A stretch of DNA of 64,000 nt from Escherichia coli (GTDB taxonomy: Bacteria; Pseudomonadota; Gammaproteobacteria; Enterobacterales; Enterobacteriaceae), in NCBI RefSeq assembly GCF_050920415.1, contig NZ_CP169309.1. One strand, given 5' to 3'. Position numbers and translations under genes: made by a program. Under the pieces are notes generated by a model. The model searched no databases and was not told the origin of the DNA. It was given only the letters and a program-made list of their open reading frames with translations. This document shows positions 25,576-39,475 of the stretch, in pieces (position 1 is the first letter of the stretch; each line of letters starts with the position of its first letter).

Positions 25576-26079
25576 GATGCATAACCTACGAGTTGAATGG
25601 GGAACTGAACAATCAACTCAGAATCTCATATGAAAACCAGTATTAACTTCGCATAAAATTCATAAAAAATACTGATTGTTAGTTAATTTATATTAAGTAG
25701 CGCTAATAGATTTAATAATCCATAATCATTTAGAGGCTTTTCTTAATTATTTGCGGTAATTCTTTATTCATTCATCGGTTATTACGACATATTCAGAGCA
25801 TTCCTGGTATTAGTGTGACCAATTTCATCTGGCGATAATCTTGAAATGTTATGAACAGTTCGAGCAAACTGCTTTTACCTGCAGCGGGTTGGTGCTAGTA
25901 TGAAAAAGTGAGTCCTATCCCGCTTCCTTCCTATTTGTAATTTTTCGTAATAATGCGATGAAAACCTGCAAAGAGTGGCTTATAGTTAAGCTAACAAACG
26001 AGAGGGCAAGTCCAGGTCAGTAAGTTTTTTCCATCCCGAAAGGTGTCCGTTAGTTCAACCGCTAAGAAGGGGACGCGTT

Positions 26080-26454
26080 ATGGATGAATACTCACCCAAA
26101 AGACATGATATCGCACAGCTTAAGTTTCTCTGTGAAACCCTGTATCATGATTGCCTTGCAAACCTTGAAGAAAGCAACCATGGCTGGGTTAACGACCCAA
26201 CCTCGGCGATCAACCTCCAGTTGAATGAACTGATTGAGCATATTGCGACCTTCGCACTTAATTACAAAATTAAGTATAATGAAGACAATAAGCTCATTGA
26301 GCAGATCGACGAATATCTGGATGACACCTTTATGTTGTTCAGTAGTTATGGTATTAATATGCAGGATCTTCAAAAATGGCGGAAGTCAGGTAATCGACTA
26401 TTCCGTTGTTTTGTCAATGCGACGAAAGAGAATCCTGCGAGTTTATCTTGTTAG
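26080..26454 (+). CDS. tomB: Hha toxicity modulator TomB (124 aa)
   Basis: 124-aa ORF immediately upstream of hha. Confidence 0.85.
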
Positions 26455-26479
26455 AATTATTACAACCATGGGTAGAAGT

Positions 26480-26698
26480 ATGTCCGAAAAACCTTTAACG
26501 AAAACCGATTATTTAATGCGTTTGCGTCGTTGCCAGACAATTGACACGCTGGAGCGTGTTATCGAGAAAAATAAATACGAATTATCAGATAATGAACTGG
26601 CGGTATTTTACTCAGCCGCAGATCACCGCCTCGCCGAATTGACTATGAATAAACTGTACGACAAGATCCCTTCCTCAGTATGGAAATTTATTCGCTAA
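26480..26698 (+). CDS. hha: Haemolysin expression modulator Hha (72 aa), H-NS partner
   Basis: Starts [35 protein letters not shown]; track ORF 26234..26698 is an upstream extension. Confidence 0.9.
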
Positions 26699-26869
26699 TA
26701 AATAATTGGCTTTCGGAGCTATAACCAGCTGTTTATTAAGAATTTTATACTTTATCGCCATGAAGGCGCACCCTATGTGATCTTCATCACACAGACGTAA
26801 TGGGAACGTTCTCTTCACTGACTTTTCGTCTTACTGTGTTGCCGCATTTTCAGCAACCGGAGGTCAGTA

Positions 26870-27421
26870 ATGAGCACAGAAAAAGAAAAAATGATTGCTG
26901 GTGAGTTGTATCGCTCGGCAGATGAGACGTTATCTCGCGATCGCCTGCGCGCTCGTCAGCTTATTCACCGATACAATCATTCCCTGGCGGAAGAGCACAC
27001 ATTACGCCAGCAAATTCTCGCTGAATTATTCGGTCAGGTGACAGAGGCTTATATTGAGCCAACGTTTCGCTGTGACTATGGCTATAACATTTTTCTCGGC
27101 AATAATTTTTTCGCCAACTTCGATTGCGTGATGCTTGATGTCTGCCCTATTCGCATCGGTGATAACTGTATGTTAGCGCCAGGTGTTCATATCTACACGG
27201 CAACACATCCCATCGACCCTGTAGCACGTAATAGCGGTGTTGAACTGGGGGAACCCGTCACCATCGGTAATAACGTCTGGATTGGCGGACGCGCAGTCAT
27301 TAACCCTGGTGTGACCATTGGTGATAACGTCGTGGTAGCCTCAGGTGCAGTTGTCACAAAAGATGTCCCGGACAATGTTGTCGTGGGCGGTAATCCAGCC
27401 AGAATCATTAAAAAATTGTAA
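26870..27421 (+). CDS. maa: Maltose O-acetyltransferase (183 aa), hexapeptide-repeat family
   Basis: Left-handed beta-helix hexapeptide repeats near the C-terminus. Confidence 0.9.
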   Translation: MSTEKEKMIAGELYRSADETLSRDRLRARQLIHRYNHSLAEEHTLRQQILAELFGQVTEAYIEPTFRCDYGYNIFLGNNFFANFDCVMLDVCPIRIGDNCMLAPGVHIYTATHPIDPVARNSGVELGEPVTIGNNVWIGGRAVINPGVTIGDNVVVASGAVVTKDVPDNVVVGGNPARIIKKL

Positions 27422-27536
27422 CCTGTTTTTCGCAACTGTTATGCAAAATCGTGGCAAATCTGTTACTTTCCCTCTACTATTCCCACGTTAAAATAGGGTG
27501 TTCCCTGGAAAGTTGCAGATACCACGAAGGCAAACG

Positions 27537-28007
27537 ATGACCGAAATACAACGCCTGCTGACCGAAACGATTGAGTCTCTGAATACCCGCGAAAAACGCG
27601 ACAACAAACCCCGCTTTAGTATCAGTTTTATCCGTAAACATCCGGGGCTGTTTATCGGTATGTACGTTGCTTTTTTTGCCACCCTGGCGGTGATGTTACA
27701 GTCCGAAACGCTGTCAGGCTCTGTCTGGCTACTGGTTGTATTATTTATCCTGCTTAATGGTTTCTTCTTTTTCGATGTCTACCCACGCTACCGCTATGAA
27801 GATATCGACGTGCTGGATTTCCGCGTTTGCTATAACGGCGAATGGTACAACACGCGCTTTGTACCTGCCGCGCTGGTTGAAGCCATCTTGAACTCTCCGC
27901 GTGTCGCGGATGTTCATAAAGAACAACTGCAAAAAATGATCGTCCGTAAAGGTGAACTGTCTTTTTACGATATTTTTACCCTCGCTCGCGCCGAATCAAC
28001 ATCTTAA
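27537..28007 (+). CDS. ylaC: Inner membrane protein YlaC (156 aa)
   Basis: Start [15 protein letters not shown] chosen for K-12 length; two hydrophobic segments. Confidence 0.7.
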
Positions 28008-28164
28008 GTTAGGGTTACATACCAGGCGTAAAGCTCTGCGCCTGGTCAAATGACAACGTTCGTTTCCACCCATCTCTTCATGAAATCCCGGCTCTACCTC
28101 CTTATCTCCTGCCAGCCTTTTTCCACAATCAGATATACTTTCCCTACACTGTGTTAATAAGGAT

Positions 28165-29721
28165 ATGCTGGTGAGAACACGACATCTGGTCGGCCTTATT
28201 TCGGGAGTACTGATTCTTTCAGTATTGCTGCCTGTCGGCTTAAGCATCTGGCTGGCCCATCAGCAGGTAGAAACATCATTTATTGAAGAGCTGAATACGT
28301 ATTCCTCCCGCGTCGCTATTCGGGCCAATAAGGTGGCGACACAAGGGAAAGATGCGCTGCAAGAGCTGGAAAGGTGGCAAGGTGCGGCCTGTAGCGCAGC
28401 CCATCTCATGGAAATGCGTCGGGTATCTTACAGTTATCGCTATATTCAGGAAGTGGTTTATATCGATAACAACGTTCCCCAGTGTTCGTCTCTGGAGCAT
28501 GAAAGCCCGCCCGATACCTTCCCCGAGCCAGGTAAAATTTCGAAAGATGGTTATCGTGTCTGGTTAACATCGCATAACGATTTAGGCATTATCCGTTACA
28601 TGGTTGCCATGGGAACGGCACATTATGTCGTCATGATCGACCCCGCTTCCTTTATTGATATCATTCCCTATAGCTCATGGCAAATTGATGCCGCCATTAT
28701 TGGCAATGCCCATAACGTTGTGATAACCAGCAGTGATGAAATTGCTCAGGGAATTATTACCAGGCTACAAAAAACACCCGGTGAGCATATCGAAAATAAT
28801 GGAATTATTTACGATATCCAGCCCTTCCCGGAGATGAATATTTCGATCATCACCTGGGCTTCAACGAAAATGTTGCAGAAAGGCTGGCATCGGCAAGTCT
28901 TTATTTGGTTACCGCTCGGGTTGGTGATTGGCCTGCTGGCAGCGATGTTTGTGCTGCGTATTTTGCGCCGTATCCAGTCACCGCATCATCGGCTGCAGGA
29001 TGCTATCGAAAATCGTGATATTTGCGTGCACTATCAGCCGATTGTCTCCTTAGCCAATGGCAAAATTGTCGGTGCTGAGGCACTGGCGCGCTGGCCGCAG
29101 ACAGACGGTAGTTGGTTGTCACCAGATAGTTTTATTCCGCTGGCACAGCAAACGGGGCTTTCTGAGCCGTTGACGCTACTGATTATAAAAAGTGTCTTTG
29201 AAGATATGGGCGACTGGCTGCGTCAGCATCCGCAGCAGCATATTTCGATCAATCTTGAATCCACCGTACTCACCTCGGAAAAAATCCCGCAATTGCTGCG
29301 TGAAATGATCAATCACTATCAGGTTAATCCCAGACAGATCGCGCTTGAACTCACTGAACGCGAGTTTGCCGATCCGAAAACCAGCGCCCCGATAATTTCT
29401 CGCTACCGGGAGGCGGGCCATGAAATTTATCTCGATGATTTTGGTACGGGGTATTCAAGTTTAAGCTATTTACAGGATCTGGATGTCGACATTCTGAAGA
29501 TCGATAAATCTTTCGTTGATGCGCTGGAATATAAAAATGTCACGCCACATATCATCGAAATGGCAAAAACACTGAAACTGAAAATGGTAGCGGAGGGAAT
29601 CGAAACCAGTAAACAAGAAGAGTGGCTACGCCAGCATGGCGTGCACTACGGCCAGGGCTGGCTCTACAGCAAGGCATTACCGAAAGAGGATTTCTTACGC
29701 TGGGCCGAGCAACATTTGTGA
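28165..29721 (+). CDS. pdeB: c-di-GMP phosphodiesterase PdeB (YlaB): periplasmic sensor domain plus EAL domain
   Basis: N-terminal TM helix, second TM, C-terminal EAL domain (GAEALARW); start may instead be the GTG at 28171. Confidence 0.85.
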   Translation: MLVRTRHLVGLISGVLILSVLLPVGLSIWLAHQQVETSFIEELNTYSSRVAIRANKVATQGKDALQELERWQGAACSAAHLMEMRRVSYSYRYIQEVVYIDNNVPQCSSLEHESPPDTFPEPGKISKDGYRVWLTSHNDLGIIRYMVAMGTAHYVVMIDPASFIDIIPYSSWQIDAAIIGNAHNVVITSSDEIAQGIITRLQKTPGEHIENNGIIYDIQPFPEMNISIITWASTKMLQKGWHRQVFIWLPLGLVIGLLAAMFVLRILRRIQSPHHRLQDAIENRDICVHYQPIVSLANGKIVGAEALARWPQTDGSWLSPDSFIPLAQQTGLSEPLTLLIIKSVFEDMGDWLRQHPQQHISINLESTVLTSEKIPQLLREMINHYQVNPRQIALELTEREFADPKTSAPIISRYREAGHEIYLDDFGTGYSSLSYLQDLDVDILKIDKSFVDALEYKNVTPHIIEMAKTLKLKMVAEGIETSKQEEWLRQHGVHYGQGWLYSKALPKEDFLRWAEQHL

Positions 29722-29762
29722 ATTTTTGGGCTGACGGCACGCCGCACAGCCCGTCACGCTAC

Positions 29763-30116
29763 CTATTCGTCGATGATTGACTCGAATCCGCCATAGATCA
29801 TTCGCTTGCCATCAAACGGCATGGACTCGCCGAACTCCTTCATCCGTGGGTCCGACATCATCTTTTGATTAGCAGCGTCGCGGACCTCTTTTGAAGGGTA
29901 TTCAATCCAGCTAAAGACAACCTCTTCATTCTCTTCCGCTTTCACCGCCATACGAAAATCGGTCACTTTGCCATCCGGTACATCGCTGGCCCAGCATTCG
30001 ACAATACGAAGCGCGCCAAACTCTTTAAACAATGGCGCGGCCTTAGCGGCCATTTCCCGATAGGCATCCTTTTTATCGGCAGGAACGGCAACCACAAAAC
30101 CATCAACATACTTCAT
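29763..30116 (-). CDS. ybaA: Conserved protein YbaA (117 aa)
   Basis: 117-aa ORF at the syntenic position next to ffs. Confidence 0.8.
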   Translation of the reverse strand: MKYVDGFVVAVPADKKDAYREMAAKAAPLFKEFGALRIVECWASDVPDGKVTDFRMAVKAEENEEVVFSWIEYPSKEVRDAANQKMMSDPRMKEFGESMPFDGKRMIYGGFESIIDE

Positions 30117-30226
30117 CAGACATACCTCCGAAGCGTACTGCGCAGCCAGACAATTCTTGCGACGTCAGTTGTGGTTAAAGTTTAGCCATGTTGGGATTTT
30201 TTGACGAAACGGGGGGAGGCAGAAAT

Positions 30227-30340
30227 GGGTGGGGGCCCTGCCAGCTACATCCCGGCACACGCGTCATCTGCCTTGGCTGCTTCCTTCCGGACCTGACCTG
30301 GTAAACAGAGTAGCGTTGCGGGAGAACCAACAGAGCCCCC
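30227..30340 (-). ncRNA. ffs: 4.5S RNA, the RNA component of the signal recognition particle (114 nt)
   Basis: Reverse complement reads GGGGGCUCUGUUGGUUCUCCCGCAACGC...GGCAGGGCCCCCACCC, matching the E. coli 4.5S RNA as recalled from memory, with the conserved GGAA tetraloop region. Confidence 0.93.
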
Positions 30341-30416
30341 ATTGAGAGCGTTGAGAACCAACGCGCAGGCGCATTATCACTGCTGCCCCGGCTAATTGCA
30401 ACCCATTGCGTGCCAG

Positions 30417-30806
30417 ATGCTGGTTTCTTGCGCAATGCGGCTTCACTCGGGCGTTTTTCCAGATTATGCTGAAAAATTACCTCAGGAAGAAAAGATGGAA
30501 AAAGAAGATTCATTTCCCCAACGCGTCTGGCAAATCGTAGCCGCTATTCCCGAAGGCTATGTCACCACTTACGGTGATGTGGCGAAACTGGCGGGATCGC
30601 CCCGCGCCGCGCGCCAGGTGGGTGGTGTGTTAAAGCGTCTCCCGGAAGGCAGCACCTTGCCCTGGCATCGGGTGGTTAATCGCCACGGCACCATTTCGCT
30701 AACCGGACCGGATTTACAGCGTCAGCGACAGGCATTACTGGCAGAAGGTGTGATGGTGTCAGGAAGAGGGCAAATCGACTTGCAGCGTTATCGCTGGAAC
30801 TACTAA
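30417..30806 (+). CDS. atl: Alkyltransferase-like protein Atl/YbaZ (129 aa)
   Basis: MGMT-like fold with PWHRV replacing the catalytic PCHRV (Cys to Trp). Confidence 0.85.
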   Translation: MLVSCAMRLHSGVFPDYAEKLPQEEKMEKEDSFPQRVWQIVAAIPEGYVTTYGDVAKLAGSPRAARQVGGVLKRLPEGSTLPWHRVVNRHGTISLTGPDLQRQRQALLAEGVMVSGRGQIDLQRYRWNY

Positions 30807-30836
30807 CCCTCTCCGGGCGGAGAGGGTTAACTTCGC

Positions 30837-31409
30837 TTAATATTGCGTAGGAGCCGGAACTGCCGAAGACGGATTCACCTGGGTTGGTGAGGTCGAAGGT
30901 ACGGTAGTCGTTGCGCCACCGCTGGCCTGAACCGGCACGGCGGTTTGCTGCACCGGCACTAATGTCAGGTCCGCTTTGGTCCCGCCCTGGTTGATCACCG
31001 GCTGAACGGTATCGGTGATAAATACCAGTTTGTCATTCACGGTAATCGCCGCACTCAACAGAATACGCGCGTTCGGCTGAACGTCTGCCGGGTTAAATGG
31101 CAGAACAAAGCTGAATGGTGACTGTTTACCTTCAGTACGCACCGCTTTTTGCGCCAGCACTTTTGACGGTGCATCGGCTAATGATGCGTCAGAAAGTGTC
31201 ACGGTCAGCACGGCATCAGGCGGCAGTGCGACTTTCTGACGGATCCAGACGGTACCGGAAACATTCGGTTGCTGGATAGCAGGTTGCTGTGTTGCTGAAA
31301 TAGACGTATTTGCAGCCGGTGCTGGCGTCTGAATATCCGCGCTTTTATCTGCGCAAGCCGCCAACGCAATCGCAACCGCTAAACCACTGGCCATGTGCAC
31401 GAGTTTCAT
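30837..31409 (-). CDS. ybaY: Lipoprotein YbaY (190 aa)
   Basis: Signal peptide with lipobox (LAACA); syntenic position. Confidence 0.8.
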   Translation of the reverse strand: MKLVHMASGLAVAIALAACADKSADIQTPAPAANTSISATQQPAIQQPNVSGTVWIRQKVALPPDAVLTVTLSDASLADAPSKVLAQKAVRTEGKQSPFSFVLPFNPADVQPNARILLSAAITVNDKLVFITDTVQPVINQGGTKADLTLVPVQQTAVPVQASGGATTTVPSTSPTQVNPSSAVPAPTQY

Positions 31410-31626
31410 TTACTTCTCCTTATTATCAATGCACCAGCGGGCTAACTTTCCTCGCCGGAAGAGTGGTTAACAAAATAGTAACGTCAACAAGTGTGGCACA
31501 CATCACGCATTTCTGCCTGTAATTGGCTAGTAATTCAGACTATTGCACCCATCGGACCAGTGGCAAATTTGCGTTATACTCAACTCACTTTGGCTTGCTG
31601 CGGCAGCTTTGTTACTGGAGAGTTAT

Positions 31627-32487
31627 ATGAGTCAGGCGCTAAAAAATTTACTGACATTGTTAAATCTGGAAAAAATTGAGGAAGGACTCTTTCGCGGCCA
31701 GAGTGAAGATTTAGGTTTACGTCAGGTGTTTGGCGGCCAGGTCGTGGGTCAGGCCTTGTATGCTGCAAAAGAGACCGTCCCTGAAGAGCGGCTGGTACAT
31801 TCGTTTCACAGCTACTTTCTTCGCCCAGGCGACAGTAAGAAGCCGATTATTTATGATGTCGAAACGTTGCGTGACGGTAACAGCTTCAGCGCCCGCCGGG
31901 TTGCTGCTATTCAAAACGGTAAACCGATTTTCTATATGACAGCCTCTTTCCAGGCTCCGGAAGCGGGTTTCGAACATCAAAAAGCTATGCCACCCGCACC
32001 CGCACCTGATGGCCTGCCTTCAGAAACGCAAATCGCCCAATCGCTGGCGCACCTGCTGCCGCCAGTGCTGAAAGATAAATTCATCTGCGATCGTCCGCTG
32101 GAAGTCCGTCCGGTGGAGTTTCATAACCCACTGAAAGGGCATGTCGCAGAACCGCATCGTCAGGTATGGATCCGCGCAAATGGTAGCGTGCCGGATGATC
32201 TGCGCGTTCATCAGTATCTGCTCGGTTACGCTTCTGATCTTAACTTCCTGCCGGTAGCTTTACAGCCGCACGGCATCGGTTTTCTCGAACCAGGGATTCA
32301 GATAGCGACCATCGACCATTCCATGTGGTTCCATCGCCCGTTTAATTTGAATGAATGGCTGCTGTATAGCGTGGAGAGCACCTCGGCGTCCAGCGCACGC
32401 GGCTTTGTACGCGGTGAGTTTTATACTCAGGACGGCGTGCTGGTTGCCTCGACCGTTCAGGAAGGGGTAATGCGTAATCACAATTAA
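31627..32487 (+). CDS. tesB: Acyl-CoA thioesterase II (286 aa)
   Basis: Starts [31 protein letters not shown]; track ORF is an upstream extension. Confidence 0.9.
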   Translation: MSQALKNLLTLLNLEKIEEGLFRGQSEDLGLRQVFGGQVVGQALYAAKETVPEERLVHSFHSYFLRPGDSKKPIIYDVETLRDGNSFSARRVAAIQNGKPIFYMTASFQAPEAGFEHQKAMPPAPAPDGLPSETQIAQSLAHLLPPVLKDKFICDRPLEVRPVEFHNPLKGHVAEPHRQVWIRANGSVPDDLRVHQYLLGYASDLNFLPVALQPHGIGFLEPGIQIATIDHSMWFHRPFNLNEWLLYSVESTSASSARGFVRGEFYTQDGVLVASTVQEGVMRNHN

Positions 32488-32493
32488 AAAAAT

Positions 32494-32525
32494 AGCCGGA
32501 GGTGAAAACCGTCCGGCTGTTTTTT
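32494..32525. terminator. Bidirectional rho-independent terminator between convergent tesB and amtB
   Basis: AGCCGGA...TCCGGCT stem flanked by an A-run upstream and a T-run downstream. Confidence 0.75.
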
Positions 32526-32535
32526 GCAGTGCTTA

Positions 32536-33822
32536 TTACGCGTTATAGGCATTTTCGCCGTGGCTGTTGACGTCCAACCCTTCTCGCTCCTGTTCTTCCG
32601 GTACACGCAGACCAACCGTCAGATCCGCCAGTTTGTAGCCAATAAACGCCACCACACCGGACCAGACAATCGTAATGGCAATGCTTTCCAGCTGTACCAG
32701 CAACTGATGGCCCATCGTCACACCTTCAGCGAAGCCCACGCCGCCCAGCGAGCTGGCGGCAAAAATCCCGGTCATGATACAGCCGACAATGCCACAAACG
32801 CCGTGCACACCGAAAACATCGCAGGGATCATCCACCCGCAGCAAGCGTTTGAGCATGGTAACGCCCCACAAGCCCGCCAGACCAGCTACCACGCCGATAA
32901 TCAACGCGCCGCCAACACCAATGTAGCCACAGGCTGGCGTCACGCCGACCAGACCGGCAATCGCGCCTGAACACGCTCCCAGCAGTGAAGGCTTACCACG
33001 CAGCGCCCATTCACCGAAGATCCAGCCAAGAATTGCCGCCGCCGTTGCGACCACAGTATTCACAAATGCCAGTGCTGCGATTTCATTCGCCGTGCCCGCT
33101 GACCCGGCGTTAAAGCCAAACCAACCGATATAGAGAATGGCAGTACCGGTAAAGACCATCGGCAGGTTGTGCGGTTTAAACGCCTCTTTGCCGAAGCCCA
33201 CGCGTTTGCCAATTAGATATGCGCCCACCAGACCTGCAATTGCGGCGTTAATGTGCACCACCGTGCCACCCGCAAAATCCAGCGCACCGTGAGAAGCCAG
33301 CAAACCGCCGCCCCAGACCATATGCGCAATCGGAATGTAAGAGAGCGTCAGCCACACCACCACGAAAATCAGCACAGCTGAGAAGCGGATCCGTTCCGCC
33401 AGCGCCCCGACGATCAAGCCTACGGTAATGCAGGCAAACGATCCCTGAAACGCCACGTGGATATACTGATAAATGCTGCCCATCACCGCCGTCAGTTCGA
33501 TGTTTTTCAGCATCAACCAGTTAATGTTGCCAAAGAAGTTGTTGCCCTCACCAAACGCCAGCGAGTAACCGTAAACCACCCAGAGAATACAGACCAGTGC
33601 AAACGTCACCGTCACCTGCGTCAGCATCGACAGCACGTTTTTGCCGCGAATTAACCCACCGTAAAACAGGGCAATCCCCGGAATAGTCATAAACAGCACC
33701 AGCGCAGTACAAATCATCATAAACGCATTGTCGGCTTTATCGGCCACCGCAGGTGCAGCCATTACCAGTCCCGGCAGCATCGCCAGTGAAGCAAGCCCAG
33801 TTTTTATCGTCGCTATCTTCAT
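32536..33822 (-). CDS. amtB: Ammonium channel AmtB (428 aa)
   Basis: Signal peptide plus 11-TM Amt fold; downstream of glnK. Confidence 0.95.
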   Translation of the reverse strand: MKIATIKTGLASLAMLPGLVMAAPAVADKADNAFMMICTALVLFMTIPGIALFYGGLIRGKNVLSMLTQVTVTFALVCILWVVYGYSLAFGEGNNFFGNINWLMLKNIELTAVMGSIYQYIHVAFQGSFACITVGLIVGALAERIRFSAVLIFVVVWLTLSYIPIAHMVWGGGLLASHGALDFAGGTVVHINAAIAGLVGAYLIGKRVGFGKEAFKPHNLPMVFTGTAILYIGWFGFNAGSAGTANEIAALAFVNTVVATAAAILGWIFGEWALRGKPSLLGACSGAIAGLVGVTPACGYIGVGGALIIGVVAGLAGLWGVTMLKRLLRVDDPCDVFGVHGVCGIVGCIMTGIFAASSLGGVGFAEGVTMGHQLLVQLESIAITIVWSGVVAFIGYKLADLTVGLRVPEEQEREGLDVNSHGENAYNA

Positions 33823-33851
33823 TTTTCGTTCCTGTTGCTGTGTGCCAGAGA

Positions 33852-34190
33852 TTACAGCGCCGCTTCGTCGGCTTCGCCGGTACGAATACGAATGACGCGT
33901 TGCAATTCAGCGACGAAGATTTTGCCGTCGCCAATTTTTCCGGTGTAAGCCGCTTTGCTGACGATATCGATCACTTCATCGAGTTGGTCATCAGCAATCG
34001 CCACATCAATTTTTACTTTTGGCAGAAAGTTGACGCTGTATTCCGCCCCCCGGTACAGCTCGGCATGCCCTTTCTGACGCCCGAAACCTTTCACTTCGGT
34101 GACGGTCAGGCCCTGAATACCAATGGAAGATAACGCTTCACGAACGTCTTCCAGCTTGAATGGTTTGATTATCACGGTCACCAGCTTCAT
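33852..34190 (-). CDS. glnK: PII nitrogen regulatory protein GlnK (112 aa)
   Basis: Starts MKLVTVIIKPFKLEDVREAL; T-loop RGAEY with the uridylylation Tyr. Confidence 0.95.
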   Translation of the reverse strand: MKLVTVIIKPFKLEDVREALSSIGIQGLTVTEVKGFGRQKGHAELYRGAEYSVNFLPKVKIDVAIADDQLDEVIDIVSKAAYTGKIGDGKIFVAELQRVIRIRTGEADEAAL

Positions 34191-34242
34191 AGATCCCCTC
34201 CGGTCAGAATTCGGTAATGGTTCTGCTACACGAATAAGGTAT

Positions 34243-34258
34243 TGCAAGCGGTGTGCCA
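34243..34258 (-). promoter_or_regulatory. Sigma54 promoter of glnK-amtB (TGGCAC-N5-TTGCA)
   Basis: Minus strand reads TGGCACACCGCTTGCA, an exact -24 GG / -12 GC match, about 53 bp upstream of the glnK ATG. Confidence 0.85.
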
Positions 34259-34311
34259 GAAATGAAAAACGAGAAAGAGAGCAGGAAGTTAAGAAGATTG
34301 AAAACAAAAAC

Positions 34312-34351
34312 GCACTATGACAGTGCACAGTGCGTTACATTTTTGCACCAA
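34312..34351 (-). promoter_or_regulatory. Probable NtrC enhancer sites upstream of the glnK sigma54 promoter
   Basis: GCAC-N7-GTGC palindrome at 34312-34326 and TGCACCA at 34344-34350; resembles the NtrC site TGCACC-N5-GGTGCA. Confidence 0.45.
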
Positions 34352-34370
34352 CGATGAAATATTGCGCTAT

Positions 34371-37917
<3,547 letters not shown>

Positions 37918-37946
37918 GCGTAGTGTCCTGACCTGATTCTGGATAT

Positions 37947-38405
37947 TTATTCGATGGGTAAAGAAGTGGTGTATTTAATCTGTTCCATCGCGAAGCTGGA
38001 AGTGACGTCCGACAGCCCCGGCACGCTGTTTACCAGACGCTTATAAAACTCGTCGTAGCGTTTCATGTCGGCAACCTGGACGCGCATCAGATAATCGTAT
38101 TCCCCGGCCATGCGCCAGAACCCCAGCACTTCTGGCATTTCAGTAACCACCGTCACAAAGCGGCAATACCATTCGCTGCTGTGATGTTGCGTTTTTATCA
38201 GCACAAAGGCGGTCAGACCGAGGCCAATTTTTTCCGGGTCCAACAGGGCGACTTTGCCGATAAGGATACCGTCATCCTCCAACCGTTTCAGTCGCTTCCA
38301 GCAAGGCGTGGTTGTCAGATTAACGGCTTCAGCCAATGCCTGCAAAGAGAGGGTGCAATCCTGCTGTAGTAAGGCCAGCAGCTTACGGTCAATTTTATCT
38401 AACAT
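37947..38405 (-). CDS. decR: Lrp/AsnC-family transcriptional regulator DecR/YbaO (152 aa)
   Basis: Starts [16 protein letters not shown] with HTH and RAM domain; track ORF is an upstream extension. Confidence 0.85.
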
Positions 38406-38557
38406 AACCCTTCCACAGAGAATTTTTTTCTCTTTTAATTCTATTTTAAAGGTGAAATCGCGACAATTTATTCTGTGCGGTTTAAACATCACGGCACAAA
38501 ATGACAAATTCAACGCAAAAAAAACCGGGCAATTGCCCGGTGCTGGAAGGGATCTCG

Positions 38558-39376
38558 TTATTCGGGGGAATAAGGTAGATGTGGATAGTCCAGCCAGTGC
38601 GTCAAATAGTGAGAGACCGCCTGATTTCGGCAATGTCCAATCACCGGTAAATGCGGGAGCTCCGCGCGCAGTTGCGGCATCGCATTGCCCATAATAAAGC
38701 CACTACCGACGCTGCCTAACATTTCGCGATCGTTCATCGCATCACCAAAGGCCATGCATTCGCGCAACGATAAACCTAAATGTTGGGTCAGCACCGTCAA
38801 TGCAGCGCCTTTATTGCAGCCCACCGGGAGCACTTCGAGGCAATCCGTCGCGGAAAAACACAAATGTGCACGCTCGCCTAATGCTTCGTGTAGTTGGATC
38901 TGCAAGCGTGTAAGATCGTCGTGATCGCCACAGAAGCAGATCTTGGTGACGCTGCCGAGTGGCATTTTTTTAACATCGATTATCTGATAACGAAAACCGC
39001 TATAGACAAATGCCTGCAACAACGCAGGGATCTCTTTTCCGGTAAACCAACCATCGTCATTGAAAATATGCATGCTGGCTCGGGTATCCCATTGCTGATA
39101 CAGCACCAGCTCTGCCACATCCGCAGGTAAATCATCACGATGTAAAAGTTCACCTTCCAGAGAATGCACGCGCGTTCCGTTGCCGGTAATCAAATACGCA
39201 TCCAGCGATAGCGCCCCGAGAATATGCTGCATCTCCAGCGCATGACGACCTGTGGCGAAAGTGAGGGTAATGTCGCGTTCACGCAGTCGTGCCAAAGTAG
39301 AGAGTGTTTTCTCACCTAAATGATGGTCAGGCATCAATAAAGTGCCGTCCATATCAAATGCTGCCAGACGAGCCAT
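38558..39376 (-). CDS. cof: HAD-family phosphatase Cof (HMP-PP phosphatase, 272 aa)
   Basis: Starts [14 protein letters not shown] (HAD motif I DxDGT). Confidence 0.85.
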
Positions 39377-39475
39377 TTCTTTCTCCACTCTGTGACACGG
39401 TTAATAGTGATTGAGTATCACCTGATATATACGGAAGTAATAGTGAATAGTTAAATAATATTGTTCCGGGTTTAT

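Noticed and set aside
26080-26698. Treating tomB-hha as a second toxin-antitoxin finding
   Set aside because: Hha/TomB has been described as toxin-antitoxin-like, but it is a conserved core-genome pair at its normal position; it is recorded as a feature, not a novel finding.
28165-28173. Alternative start for pdeB
   Set aside because: The ATG at 28165 gives 518 aa and the GTG at 28171 gives 516 aa (the length I recall for K-12 PdeB); this cannot be resolved without alignment, so the ATG coordinate is reported.
30175-30513. 112-aa minus-strand ORF
   Set aside because: Overlaps the 4.5S RNA gene ffs (30227..30340) and the atl start; the RNA gene explains this region.
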